A DNA stretch of 64,000 nucleotides from an uncultured Lachnospiraceae bacterium (GTDB lineage Bacteria; Bacillota; Clostridia; Lachnospirales; Lachnospiraceae). Position 1 is the stretch's first letter; each line of letters starts with the position of its first letter. The notes under the pieces are model-generated. The model made no database searches. It was given only the letters and a program-made list of their open reading frames with translations, and was not told where the DNA came from. The DNA lies in the NCBI GenBank assembly GCA_945919075.1, contig CAMEIX010000016.1, forward strand, positions 2,534 through 66,533, written 5' to 3'. Positions 36,460 to 44,246 of the stretch are shown one piece after another. A program made the translations under genes and the position numbers.

Positions 36460-37502
36460 AACTCACAAAGGAAAATGTAAAATTAATCGGACGTACCCTG
36501 AAAATAGAAGATGTATTATGGTGTGCCCTCTCCGGTACCGGTGCGGCATTCACTTTTACCGGTAAGAAGCTTATGGTAACCATTCTTGGCGGCTCTCAGG
36601 CAACCTTGGAGAACAACGAAGGGAACTATGCCCGCATAGCCTTTTATGTAAACGGCAGGCGTGTCCTGGAGGATATGGTAACCACGGCAGAAAAAACGTA
36701 TACCATTTGTGATAACGAAGAAGAAAAGAGGATGGATGTACAGATTATCAAACTGTCGGAAAGTGCCATGTCCGTAATCGGTATCCGGGATTTGGAAATC
36801 GCAGATACTGAGTCGGTGGAACCGCTTTCGGAGAAAGCACGTAAAATTGAGTTTATCGGGGATTCCATTACCTGCGGATATGGTGTGGACTGTGAAGACC
36901 CGTTAGTTCCTTTTACAACGGCAACGGAGGATGTGACAAGGGCCTTCGCTTACAAGACTGCAAAGGCACTTGATGCAGATTATAGTATGTTCTCGGCAAG
37001 CGGGTACGGAATTATTTCCGGTTATACGGCGGACCCGGATGTGAAGAGCCCGGAACAGCTCATTCCCCTCTATTATCACTCCCTCGGTTTTAGTTATGAC
37101 ACATTCCTGGATGGAAAAAACACGACCAAAATAGATTGGAATTTTGCAGATTATCAACCGGATACGGTAGTCATTAATCTGGGAACCAATGATGACAGTT
37201 ACTGTCAGGACACAGTGGAAAAACAGAAGGAATACGCAGTTGCCTACACCCGGTTTTTAAAAGATGTCAGAAGCAAAAACCCTGAGGCAAAGATAGTATG
37301 TGTGTTAGGAATTATGGGAGCAAGACTTTATCCACTGGTGGAAAAGGCGGTGGCCGAATATACCAAAGAAACCGGAGACGGAAATGTTTGCACTCTGGAA
37401 CTTCCGGAACAGGACATCCGCTATGGGTATGCATCGGATTATCATCCGATTGAACGCGCGCATGACGTGGCAGCAGCAGTTCTGACCCGGGCATTGCAGT
37501 AG
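36450..37502 (+). CDS. SGNH/GDSL hydrolase with N-terminal beta-sandwich (carbohydrate esterase family 2-like)
   Basis: Block I FIGDSITCGYG, block III GTND, C-terminal DYHP. No signal peptide. Confidence 0.75.
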   Translation: MQIELTKENVKLIGRTLKIEDVLWCALSGTGAAFTFTGKKLMVTILGGSQATLENNEGNYARIAFYVNGRRVLEDMVTTAEKTYTICDNEEEKRMDVQIIKLSESAMSVIGIRDLEIADTESVEPLSEKARKIEFIGDSITCGYGVDCEDPLVPFTTATEDVTRAFAYKTAKALDADYSMFSASGYGIISGYTADPDVKSPEQLIPLYYHSLGFSYDTFLDGKNTTKIDWNFADYQPDTVVINLGTNDDSYCQDTVEKQKEYAVAYTRFLKDVRSKNPEAKIVCVLGIMGARLYPLVEKAVAEYTKETGDGNVCTLELPEQDIRYGYASDYHPIERAHDVAAAVLTRALQ

Positions 37503-37521
37503 GGACGTTCCTTTTGTCTCG
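37502..37521 (+). repeat. 20-nt motif GGGACGTTCCTTTTGTCTCG (copy 1)
   Basis: It starts on the last base of the esterase stop codon. 19 of 20 nt match the reverse complement of 44208-44227, and it is closely similar to 44138-44157. Confidence 0.7.
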
Positions 37522-37543
37522 CGGTATGTTCCCAATAACCATA

Positions 37544-37572
37544 TTGCTTTCCCAAAATATCTGTGTTATATT
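37544..37572 (+). promoter_or_regulatory. Putative promoter of the riboswitch-symporter unit
   Basis: TTGCTT, 17 nt, TATATT preceded by TGT. Confidence 0.5.
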
Positions 37573-37585
37573 ACTTTCTATGTGA

Positions 37586-37690
37586 AATACTCTGGAGAGT
37601 CCCCGTAAGTGGGGCGCCGAAGGTGTACGGCCTGTCCAATTTTTCGTTGAAAAAGTTGGACAGGCCAATCTCTCAGGCAAAAGGACAGAG
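37586..37690 (+). promoter_or_regulatory. Glycine riboswitch, single aptamer
   Basis: CTCTGGAGAG...GCGCCGAAGG...hairpin CCTGTCC/GGACAGG...AATCTCTCAGGCAAAAGGACAG matches the conserved glycine-aptamer core. It is located upstream of an alanine/glycine:cation symporter. Confidence 0.8.
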
Positions 37691-37748
37691 CATAATAATG
37701 CGTGTTCTGCTCTTTAGAGATTATCAAGATAATCTAAGGAGAAAAACA

Positions 37749-39191
37749 ATGGACAAATTTGACGAAGTACTAAAAGTAATCAATGGTTTTCTAACCAAAG
37801 TAGACGATTTTGTATGGGGCATCCCATTAATCGTGCTGATTCTCGCAACAGGTCTTTTATTAACAGTTCGGTTAAAAGGTCTTCAGATCACAAAACTCCC
37901 TCTTGCAATCAAGAATCTTGTGAAAAACGAAAAGAGTGGTAAGGATGGAGAAGTTTCCAGCTTCGGTGCATTATGTACCGCATTATCCGCTACCATTGGT
38001 ACCGGTAATATTGTAGGTGTGGCTACCGCTATTGCTGCAGGTGGTCCCGGTGCTTTATTCTGGATGTGGATTGCCGCTTTAGTAGGTACTGCAACCAAAT
38101 ATTCGGAATGTTTGCTCGCAGTAAAATATCGTGAAGTAGCAGAAGACGGACATATTGTAGGAGGTCCTTTCTACTATATCGAAAAAGGTATGGGGAAGAA
38201 TTGGAAATGGCTTGCAAAAATCTTTGCAGTGCTGGGAATGTGTGTAGGTCTTTTCGGTATCGGTACCTTTACCCAGATTAATGGTATCACAGGGGCAGTA
38301 AGAGGTTTCTTTGATCCCGACAGCATCAACACCGTTACTATTTTGGGAATGGAATATTCCTGGTCCGTAGTAATTTCCGGTATTCTTCTGACAGTAGCTG
38401 TAGCACTTGTTCTGATTGGCGGCCTTAAGAGAATTTCCAAAGTCGCAGAAGTAGTTGTTCCTTTTATGGCAATTGTATATGTTGCTGCAGCACTTGTTAT
38501 TTTAGCATGCAATGTGACTGCAATTCCGGCAGCAGTTGTAACCATTGTACAGAGTGCATTCGGTTTAAGAGCAATAGCCGGTGGTGCCATGGGTGCTATC
38601 ATTGTTGCCATGCAGAAAGGTATTGCAAGAGGTATTTTCTCCAATGAATCCGGTATCGGTAGTGCTCCTATCGCAGCAGCTGCAGCACAGACCGATATTC
38701 CCGCAAAACAGGGTCTCATTTCCATGCTTGGTACCGTCATCGATACCCTTGTTATCTGTACTATGACCGGTCTCTGTATCGTGGTAACAGGTGCGGATAC
38801 CTGGGCGGCTGAAATGGGTAAAGAGGGTGTGGAAATTACCACACATGCATTCCAGGTTGGTCTGCCTTTCCCTTCCCAGGTGGCTTCTTTTATCCTGATG
38901 CTCTGCCTTGTATTCTTTGCATTTACAACCATTCTTGGATGGGACTACTATAGCGAACGTTGTCTGGATTATCTTTCCGGTCACAATGCAAAAGCCGTAA
39001 CCATATATCGTTGGTTATACATTTTATGTGTATTTATTGGCCCTTACATGACAGTAAAAGCAGTTTGGACCATCGCGGATATCTTTAACGGTCTGATGGC
39101 AATCCCGAACCTGATTGCCCTGATTGCATTAAATGGTGTCGTTGTTGCCGAAACCAAGCTTTATTTTGACAGTCTTAAGAAAAATAAATAG
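37749..39191 (+). CDS. Alanine/glycine:cation symporter (AGCS family)
   Basis: Motifs are SSFGALCTALSATIGTGNIVGVATAI and FSNESGIGSAPIAAAAA. AAGGAGA lies upstream of ATG 37749; the ORF-track start at 37563 runs through the riboswitch. Confidence 0.92.
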   Translation: MDKFDEVLKVINGFLTKVDDFVWGIPLIVLILATGLLLTVRLKGLQITKLPLAIKNLVKNEKSGKDGEVSSFGALCTALSATIGTGNIVGVATAIAAGGPGALFWMWIAALVGTATKYSECLLAVKYREVAEDGHIVGGPFYYIEKGMGKNWKWLAKIFAVLGMCVGLFGIGTFTQINGITGAVRGFFDPDSINTVTILGMEYSWSVVISGILLTVAVALVLIGGLKRISKVAEVVVPFMAIVYVAAALVILACNVTAIPAAVVTIVQSAFGLRAIAGGAMGAIIVAMQKGIARGIFSNESGIGSAPIAAAAAQTDIPAKQGLISMLGTVIDTLVICTMTGLCIVVTGADTWAAEMGKEGVEITTHAFQVGLPFPSQVASFILMLCLVFFAFTTILGWDYYSERCLDYLSGHNAKAVTIYRWLYILCVFIGPYMTVKAVWTIADIFNGLMAIPNLIALIALNGVVVAETKLYFDSLKKNK

Positions 39192-39207
39192 TAAATTGGT
39201 ATGTAAG

Positions 39208-39238
39208 AGAGTGGCTGGTTATCGGCCACTCTTTTTTG
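39208..39238 (+). terminator. Rho-independent terminator after the symporter
   Basis: AGAGTGGC-loop-GCCACTCT hairpin followed by T6. Confidence 0.8.
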
Positions 39239-39331
39239 ATTTCACTCAAAACTTGCGTTTTCCTGCAAGATATATTATAATTTGTTCAGTAGTTTTAGGG
39301 CACTGCCCGGAATAATTTATGAGGTGAAATT

Positions 39332-39838
39332 ATGGCATTATTAGAACAGTGGAGAAAAGTTGCTTATAATGAGCAGATGGACAAGCAGAAATTACAGCAG
39401 ATGTGGTCTGTATATTTTGGTCATGAAAGAGATATCTATGCGGAATTGTTAAAGAATCCTGATGAGGTTGTGACCGGAACTGTAAAAGAACTGGCAGAAA
39501 AATATAATGTGGACATTATGACCATGACCGGTTTCCTGGATGGTATCAATGACAGCTTAAAAGAAGCAAATCCGATTGAGGAAATGGAAGAGGATACCGT
39601 TGTAAATCTTGGATTTGACAAGGCACTTCTTTACAAGAATATGGTAGCCGCAGAGGCGGACTGGCTGTATAATCTGGAAGCATGGAATGACATTTTTGAT
39701 GAAGACACCAGAAAAGCTCTTTACAGGGAACAGAAGTCTTCCACTACCATTCGTAAAGAAGCTAAGGTATATCCCAACGATCCCTGCCCCTGCGGTTCCG
39801 GCAAAAAGTACAAGAAATGTTGCGGAAGAAATGCATAA
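39332..39838 (+). CDS. SEC-C motif-containing protein (168 aa)
   Basis: C-terminal [14 protein letters not shown] metal-binding motif. The remainder of the protein is unassigned. Confidence 0.75.
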   Translation: MALLEQWRKVAYNEQMDKQKLQQMWSVYFGHERDIYAELLKNPDEVVTGTVKELAEKYNVDIMTMTGFLDGINDSLKEANPIEEMEEDTVVNLGFDKALLYKNMVAAEADWLYNLEAWNDIFDEDTRKALYREQKSSTTIRKEAKVYPNDPCPCGSGKKYKKCCGRNA

Positions 39839-39853
39839 GTGAGAATGAAGTTG

Positions 39854-39892
39854 ATTGGTACGTATTGGTTCCATATGCGTGCCAATTTTTTT
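39854..39892 (+). terminator. Rho-independent terminator
   Basis: ATTGGTACG-loop-CGTGCCAAT hairpin followed by T7. Confidence 0.75.
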
Positions 39893-39978
39893 GCCCTTTT
39901 ATGCGGTGCTTTTTGATTGAAAGTAGTTGCTTTTTCGTTAATTGCGGAGTATAATTAAGAAAAAATATTTACGGTATT

Positions 39979-40272
39979 ATGTTTACATCCATGACAAAGG
40001 AGGATATTCTGGCAGATTTCTTAAGGAAGAATAAGACGGAGGCGATCAAGGTGAGTATATTGGAGTTTGATGAAGAAGTGGAATGGGAAAAGATTCGACG
40101 TGCAGAACGAAGGCATGGATACGAACGCGGACGGAAAGATGGGGAAAAGCAGCATCTGACAATACAAGTTCAGAAGAAACTGCAAAAGGGAAAGAGTCTT
40201 AATGAAATCGCAGACGATCTGGAAGAATCGGTTTCTGTGATTGAAGATATAGTTCAGAAACTGACAAAATAA
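39979..40272 (+). CDS. Hypothetical 97-aa protein (resembles only the C-terminal tail of Rpn/YhgA-like proteins)
   Basis: No convincing SD. The charged helical segment and the tail KGKSLNEIADDLEESVSVIEDIVQK are the only recognisable features. Confidence 0.45.
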   Translation: MFTSMTKEDILADFLRKNKTEAIKVSILEFDEEVEWEKIRRAERRHGYERGRKDGEKQHLTIQVQKKLQKGKSLNEIADDLEESVSVIEDIVQKLTK

Positions 40273-40280
40273 AAGATAAA

Positions 40281-40306
40281 AACAGCTCCGGGTAGGGGCT
40301 GTTTTT
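40281..40306. terminator. Bidirectional hairpin between convergent genes
   Basis: AACAGCTCC-loop-GGGGCTGTT, flanked by an A-run upstream and a T-run downstream. Confidence 0.65.
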
Positions 40307-40355
40307 GTTTTCGAATCATAAAGTTGTGCATAATGGAAACTTAATGTTCAAAACT

Positions 40356-40568
40356 TCATCGATACCTTTTTGGTGTGTTGGTCCGATTTAGCAGATAATC
40401 TACGCTTACATCATAGAAATCCGCAATTGCAATCAGAATATTGGTTGGAATATCTCTTGTACCATTCTCGTAATGAGAATAGGCCCGTTGGGAAATATTC
40501 AAATGTTTGCTAAGTTCAGATTGTGTCAAATCAGCATCTTCGCGTAAATCTCTTATTCTCTGAAAAAT
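40356..40568 (-). CDS. XRE-family HTH regulator (70 aa) lacking a canonical start codon
   Basis: It is not in the ORF track. The minus-strand translation is (I)FQRIRDLREDADLTQSELSKHLNISQRAYSHYENGTRDIPTNILIAIADFYDVSVDYLLNRTNTPKRYR*. No in-frame ATG, GTG or TTG occurs before the upstream stop. ATT lies 8 nt after AAAGGAG. Confidence 0.7.
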   Translation of the reverse strand: MFQRIRDLREDADLTQSELSKHLNISQRAYSHYENGTRDIPTNILIAIADFYDVSVDYLLNRTNTPKRYR

Positions 40569-40611
40569 AGTAACCGCTCCTTTCGTTATTTGAGGATGCT
40601 TTTATATTAGA

Positions 40612-40655
40612 TTAGACCAAAATGTTCTATTGACATTTAGAACAATTTGGTCTAA
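40612..40655. promoter_or_regulatory. 18-bp inverted-repeat operator (17/18 match)
   Basis: TTAGACCAAAATGTTCTA (40612-40629) and TAGAACAATTTGGTCTAA (40638-40655) flank TTGACAT. Confidence 0.75.
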
Positions 40656-40658
40656 GAT
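40630..40658 (+). promoter_or_regulatory. Putative promoter of the zinc-ribbon paralog genes
   Basis: TTGACA sits at the centre of the palindrome, then 17 nt, then TAAGAT. Confidence 0.5.
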
Positions 40659-40717
40659 TACGAAGTAAGATTGTCCGAAAAAGGAATAAATAATGTACGG
40701 AGGAAGGATAAAAAGAT

Positions 40718-41404
40718 ATGACAAAAAAGGAATTTAGTAAAAGATGTTTGGATGAACTTCAGGCGAAGCATCCCGAGTTAAATACAAAATTGCGAGTATT
40801 GCGAATAAGTGGAATTGTATTTATTGTTCTTTCTTTGCTGATGCTTCTTACGATGGGGGCTCTTTTGGGTCCGTTGCCTTTGCTCATATATGCTGGTATT
40901 TTATTTTGGGCAAAAAAAGATCCGGCTTATAAGAATTATGAAACCAAGCTGCTAAATTACGCAAAGAGTGGGGAGTACGAAAAATATCCTGTGGATTATC
41001 CTCAAAGTTTCCTATATCCGGGAGAGCCATATCCATTCCAGACTACATATTCAACGACCACTATATTTAATACCGGGGTACAAAACCAGACCCCGATGAT
41101 GATGCAGCCTCAGACAGGATTTGCACAGCCTCAACCGGTACAGCCTCAGGCAGGATTTGCGCAGACACCACCGGCGCAGCCTCAGACCGGATATATGCAG
41201 ACATCAAGACCTGTACAACCCCAGACTGCACAAGTGCAGGGAACCTGGCAGGCAAAACCTGTTGTTGCACAAATGGCTTCCACTACAGAACAAATTGTAT
41301 GTATAAGCTGTAAACAACAACTTACAATTCCGTCAGGCAGGGAGTCGATAATGGTAACATGTCCTTCCTGTAAAAACAGTTTCCTTTATACCCCCGGAAA
41401 ATAA
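40718..41404 (+). CDS. Membrane protein: 2-TM hairpin, YPVDYP motif, PQ-rich linker, C-terminal zinc ribbon (paralog 1, 228 aa)
   Basis: SD GGAGGAAGG. TM segments GIVFIVLSLLMLLTMGALLG and PLPLLIYAGILFW. Also YEKYPVDYPQSFLYPGEPYPF, (QPQ.GF.Q)n, and CISCKQQLTIP...VTCPSCKNSF. Confidence 0.8.
   Translation: MTKKEFSKRCLDELQAKHPELNTKLRVLRISGIVFIVLSLLMLLTMGALLGPLPLLIYAGILFWAKKDPAYKNYETKLLNYAKSGEYEKYPVDYPQSFLYPGEPYPFQTTYSTTTIFNTGVQNQTPMMMQPQTGFAQPQPVQPQAGFAQTPPAQPQTGYMQTSRPVQPQTAQVQGTWQAKPVVAQMASTTEQIVCISCKQQLTIPSGRESIMVTCPSCKNSFLYTPGK
41222..41404 (+). repeat. Near-identical 3' segment shared by the two paralogs (copy 1)
   Basis: It shares identical runs of about 35 and 34 nt with 42163-42345, although the N-terminal halves of the proteins have diverged strongly. 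Confidence 0.85.
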
Positions 41405-41433
41405 ATGATGTACGAAAGGAAGGATAAAATGCG

Positions 41434-42345
41434 ATGACAAGGGATCAATTTGAACAAAGATGTAAAAAAGAATTTAAACAAAGAGAACCGGATGCCTATC
41501 GGCAATATAAAAGTAGTTTTAGGGCTTCAGGGGTGCTCAGCTGTTGTGGCTGTATTTTGCTATTTTTGGGGGTGATAGGTATTTTTACAGGGTCTCCGGC
41601 ATTGCTGGGTTGCTTGCTAATTGGTATAATTCCTGGGGTTCTCGCGGGGATTTCGATAAATAAGTATAATATTATTTCAGAAAAATTAGATGAACGTAAA
41701 AGAAAATATTATGAAAATGATGAATATCTGAGATATCCGGTAGATTATCCCTATAGTTTTTTATATGAGGGCGAGATATATCCGTTTCGGGATATCAGAC
41801 CTGCAGGATATCAATCGGCAGGATATCAACCAGCAGGATATGGAGGTCCGGTAAATCCGGTTCCACCGGAGCAGATGTTAATTAAGCAGAACACTAAATC
41901 CATAGGTACAGAAGCAAACGATGAGATTAACAAAGAATATCAGGAATTACGTGACTTGACACGTTCATATTTTACCGAAAATACATCGGAAAATAAATCT
42001 GAGAATACGGATTTAAATGAAACTGGATCAACGACCGCTTCAGTTAATTCAGATGCACAAAACCAGCCCCCTGTGATGGCACAGTCCCAGACTGGATTTA
42101 CCCAGACACCACGACCTGTACAACCTCAGACTGGATTTGCACAGCCTCAACCGATGCAGCCTCAGACTGCACAGGTACAGGGAACTTGGCAGGCAAAACC
42201 TGTTGTTGCACAAATGGCTTCAACAACAGAACAAATTGTATGTATAAGCTGTAAACAACAATTAACAATCCCGTTAAGTATGGAGTCGGTGATAGTAACA
42301 TGTCCTTCCTGTAAAAATAGTTTCCTTTATACTCCCAGAAAATAA
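41434..42345 (+). CDS. Membrane / PQ-rich / zinc-ribbon protein (paralog 2, 303 aa)
   Basis: Same architecture as 40718..41404. The RBS region is similar (ATGTACGAAAGGAAGGATAAAAT) and the last ~60 aa are nearly identical. Confidence 0.8.
   Translation: MTRDQFEQRCKKEFKQREPDAYRQYKSSFRASGVLSCCGCILLFLGVIGIFTGSPALLGCLLIGIIPGVLAGISINKYNIISEKLDERKRKYYENDEYLRYPVDYPYSFLYEGEIYPFRDIRPAGYQSAGYQPAGYGGPVNPVPPEQMLIKQNTKSIGTEANDEINKEYQELRDLTRSYFTENTSENKSENTDLNETGSTTASVNSDAQNQPPVMAQSQTGFTQTPRPVQPQTGFAQPQPMQPQTAQVQGTWQAKPVVAQMASTTEQIVCISCKQQLTIPLSMESVIVTCPSCKNSFLYTPRK
42163..42345 (+). repeat. Near-identical 3' segment shared by the two paralogs (copy 2)
   Basis: See 41222-41404. Confidence 0.85.
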
Positions 42346-42366
42346 AATGTGGTCAAATCATTAAAA

Positions 42367-42410
42367 ATCAGGGAAGAACTTCCAAACAGAAGATTTCCCT
42401 GATTTTAATT
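42367..42410 (+). terminator. Rho-independent terminator after paralog 2
   Basis: ATCAGGGAA-loop-TTCCCTGAT hairpin followed by TTTTAATTT. Confidence 0.75.
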
Positions 42411-42473
42411 TCAATATACTTTGTAGAAAATTTTCGGCGCACCGTAAAACCTTAATACACGAGGAAAATTATT

Positions 42474-43751
42474 ATGAAAAAACTAAAGTATTTTGTACTT
42501 ATTATTTGTCTATGTATTGTATCTGCCGATAGTCTTTCAGGTTGCGGATCTTCCGCTGAAGCGGAAAGGCAGGCATATTTAAGGGCTGTAGAAAGAGCAA
42601 AGGAAAGAGCAGAGGAAAAGAAGCAAAAAGAAGAAAAGAACAAAGAAGAGACAACGGAAAAGATAAAAGGAGAGATCAAAGAAGAAGCCAAAGAAGAGAC
42701 CAAAGAGCGGGAAGAAACAAAGGAAGAGAAGGAAACTGCAAAAGCAGAGGAAGAATCCGATATTCATAAGAAGGATATTGTAGTTAAGGAGCCGGAAACT
42801 GCGAAGGAGCCAGAAGAAACCAAACAAGAAACAGCTCCTAAAAAGGAAGAAGTGAAAGAGGATTTTAAGGTCGCTTCTGATTTAGAGTCGATTAATCGTA
42901 TCTGTGGTTTGACTGCTGAAGTTGAAACAAATATTGCAGCATGTCGTGTAGATACCATTAACGGACATAATCCATATGATGTTATTTACGATTTTGGTGA
43001 GGAATATCAGGCTTATATTGATGCATGTGACTGGTCTTTGGTATTTGATGCTGATTACTACATGGATACCTTTCCTATGTTGGCTTTACAGTATCATTAT
43101 GATGAAGACTTATTGTTAGAGCATTTTCAGACAATTGGTATTCACGAAGGCCGTCAGGGTTCTGATGACTTCAATGTGAAAGCATATATGGAAAATGGTA
43201 AACGTGCTACCTTTGATACTTTTAATGGCAACCTTGAAGGTTATTACTTCTATTACATGTTGAATTACGATACTGAAAAGAACGTAAATACAACAACTTT
43301 ATCTAGTGGTAAGCCTGTTGCAAGCATGTATAAATTCAGACCTACTGCTTTACAGGCTGGAGAATTAGAAGGTATCAATGAATACCGTGAAAAAGTAAAT
43401 TCAGATGCGTTAACCATCCATGCTGAAGTTTGTGCACTTGCAAATTATCGTGCTTATTTAAACGCACACGATGGCTGGAAAGCGCATGAATGGGCGATTG
43501 AATACACAGATACTCTTATTAATTACGGTAAAATTATGGGTGGTGACGGTTGTGTATCTGAAAATACATGCACCTTTGGTTATAATAGACAAAAAGGTAA
43601 AGTATGTGTCAAAAGATATGCAGATTCTGAAGCACATTATAATGCTATGGTGAATAATAAATTTGCCTACATGGGTGCATCAAACATGTATAATGGTAAA
43701 AATTCATCTTCTCAGTTTGATGTTTTCGTAAAAGATGCTTATGCTTATTAA
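42474..43751 (+). CDS. Lipoprotein with E/K-rich linker and C-terminal CAP (SCP/PR1-like) domain
   Basis: Signal and lipobox LCIVSADSLSGC. About 110 aa are E/K-rich. The CAP-like pattern is INEYREK...H...SEN...SEAHYNAMVNNKFAYMG. Confidence 0.6.
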   Translation: MKKLKYFVLIICLCIVSADSLSGCGSSAEAERQAYLRAVERAKERAEEKKQKEEKNKEETTEKIKGEIKEEAKEETKEREETKEEKETAKAEEESDIHKKDIVVKEPETAKEPEETKQETAPKKEEVKEDFKVASDLESINRICGLTAEVETNIAACRVDTINGHNPYDVIYDFGEEYQAYIDACDWSLVFDADYYMDTFPMLALQYHYDEDLLLEHFQTIGIHEGRQGSDDFNVKAYMENGKRATFDTFNGNLEGYYFYYMLNYDTEKNVNTTTLSSGKPVASMYKFRPTALQAGELEGINEYREKVNSDALTIHAEVCALANYRAYLNAHDGWKAHEWAIEYTDTLINYGKIMGGDGCVSENTCTFGYNRQKGKVCVKRYADSEAHYNAMVNNKFAYMGASNMYNGKNSSSQFDVFVKDAYAY

Positions 43752-43771
43752 AATTTAACTGCAAAAAATGC

Positions 43772-43799
43772 TTTACAATATGCCGGAAATGGTTATAAT
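43772..43799 (+). promoter_or_regulatory. Putative promoter of the thrS leader
   Basis: TTTACA, 16 nt, TATAAT. Confidence 0.6.
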
Positions 43800-43805
43800 G
43801 ATGGT

Positions 43806-44124
43806 ATAAAGAAAACACGTTGAGGAAACGAGTAAGATGACGGAATGATACAGAGAGGGATATCCGGGTTGACCGGTCAAGAGTACGCTACGTTACTGCG
43901 TATTGTGAAAAGGTCGAAGCGGTGGTGTGAATATCCTACAGGAAGTTATCCTAAGACCAGTTCCGAGTGGCCTTAATACGGTCCGTGCAGCCTACGTTAC
44001 AAGGCAAATGAGAGGTTCAAAGAGGTTTTGCAGCATTGATGTTGCAGGGCATAGACTCTTTGGGCAAACAGGGTGGAACCGCGTTAATACGTCCCTTGTA
44101 CCATGTGTGCAAGGGACTTTTTTT
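43806..44124 (+). promoter_or_regulatory. T-box leader (threonine) with terminator
   Basis: AGAGAG box at 43851, distal loop CCGG-GTTGA-CCGG, T-box sequence AAACAGGGTGGAACCGCG (44066-44083), terminator GTCCCTTG...CAAGGGAC plus T7 (44091-44124). The candidate specifier is ACU at 43895-43897 (tentative). Confidence 0.85.
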
Positions 44125-44130
44125 GTGGTG

Positions 44131-44191
44131 TGCACTGGGGACATTCCTTCTGTCTTGCGAAAGCCAAGATAGAAAGAACGTCCCCAGTGCA
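44131..44191 (+). other. Long near-perfect hairpin between the T-box terminator and the thrS RBS
   Basis: 44131-44157 pairs with 44165-44191 (27 positions, 2 mismatches, 1 G-U). The loop is CGAAAGC. No T-run follows. Confidence 0.7.
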
Positions 44192-44207
44192 TACCACAGA
44201 GCATAAA

Positions 44208-44227
44208 CAAGACAAAAGGAACGTCCC
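44208..44227 (-). repeat. 20-nt motif, inverted copy (CAAGACAAAAGGAACGTCCC)
   Basis: The reverse complement GGGACGTTCCTTTTGTCTTG matches 37502-37521 at 19 of 20 nt and 44138-44157 at 18 of 20 nt. It ends 7 nt before the thrS SD. Confidence 0.7.
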
Positions 44228-44246
44228 TAATGAAAGGAGAACCAAA

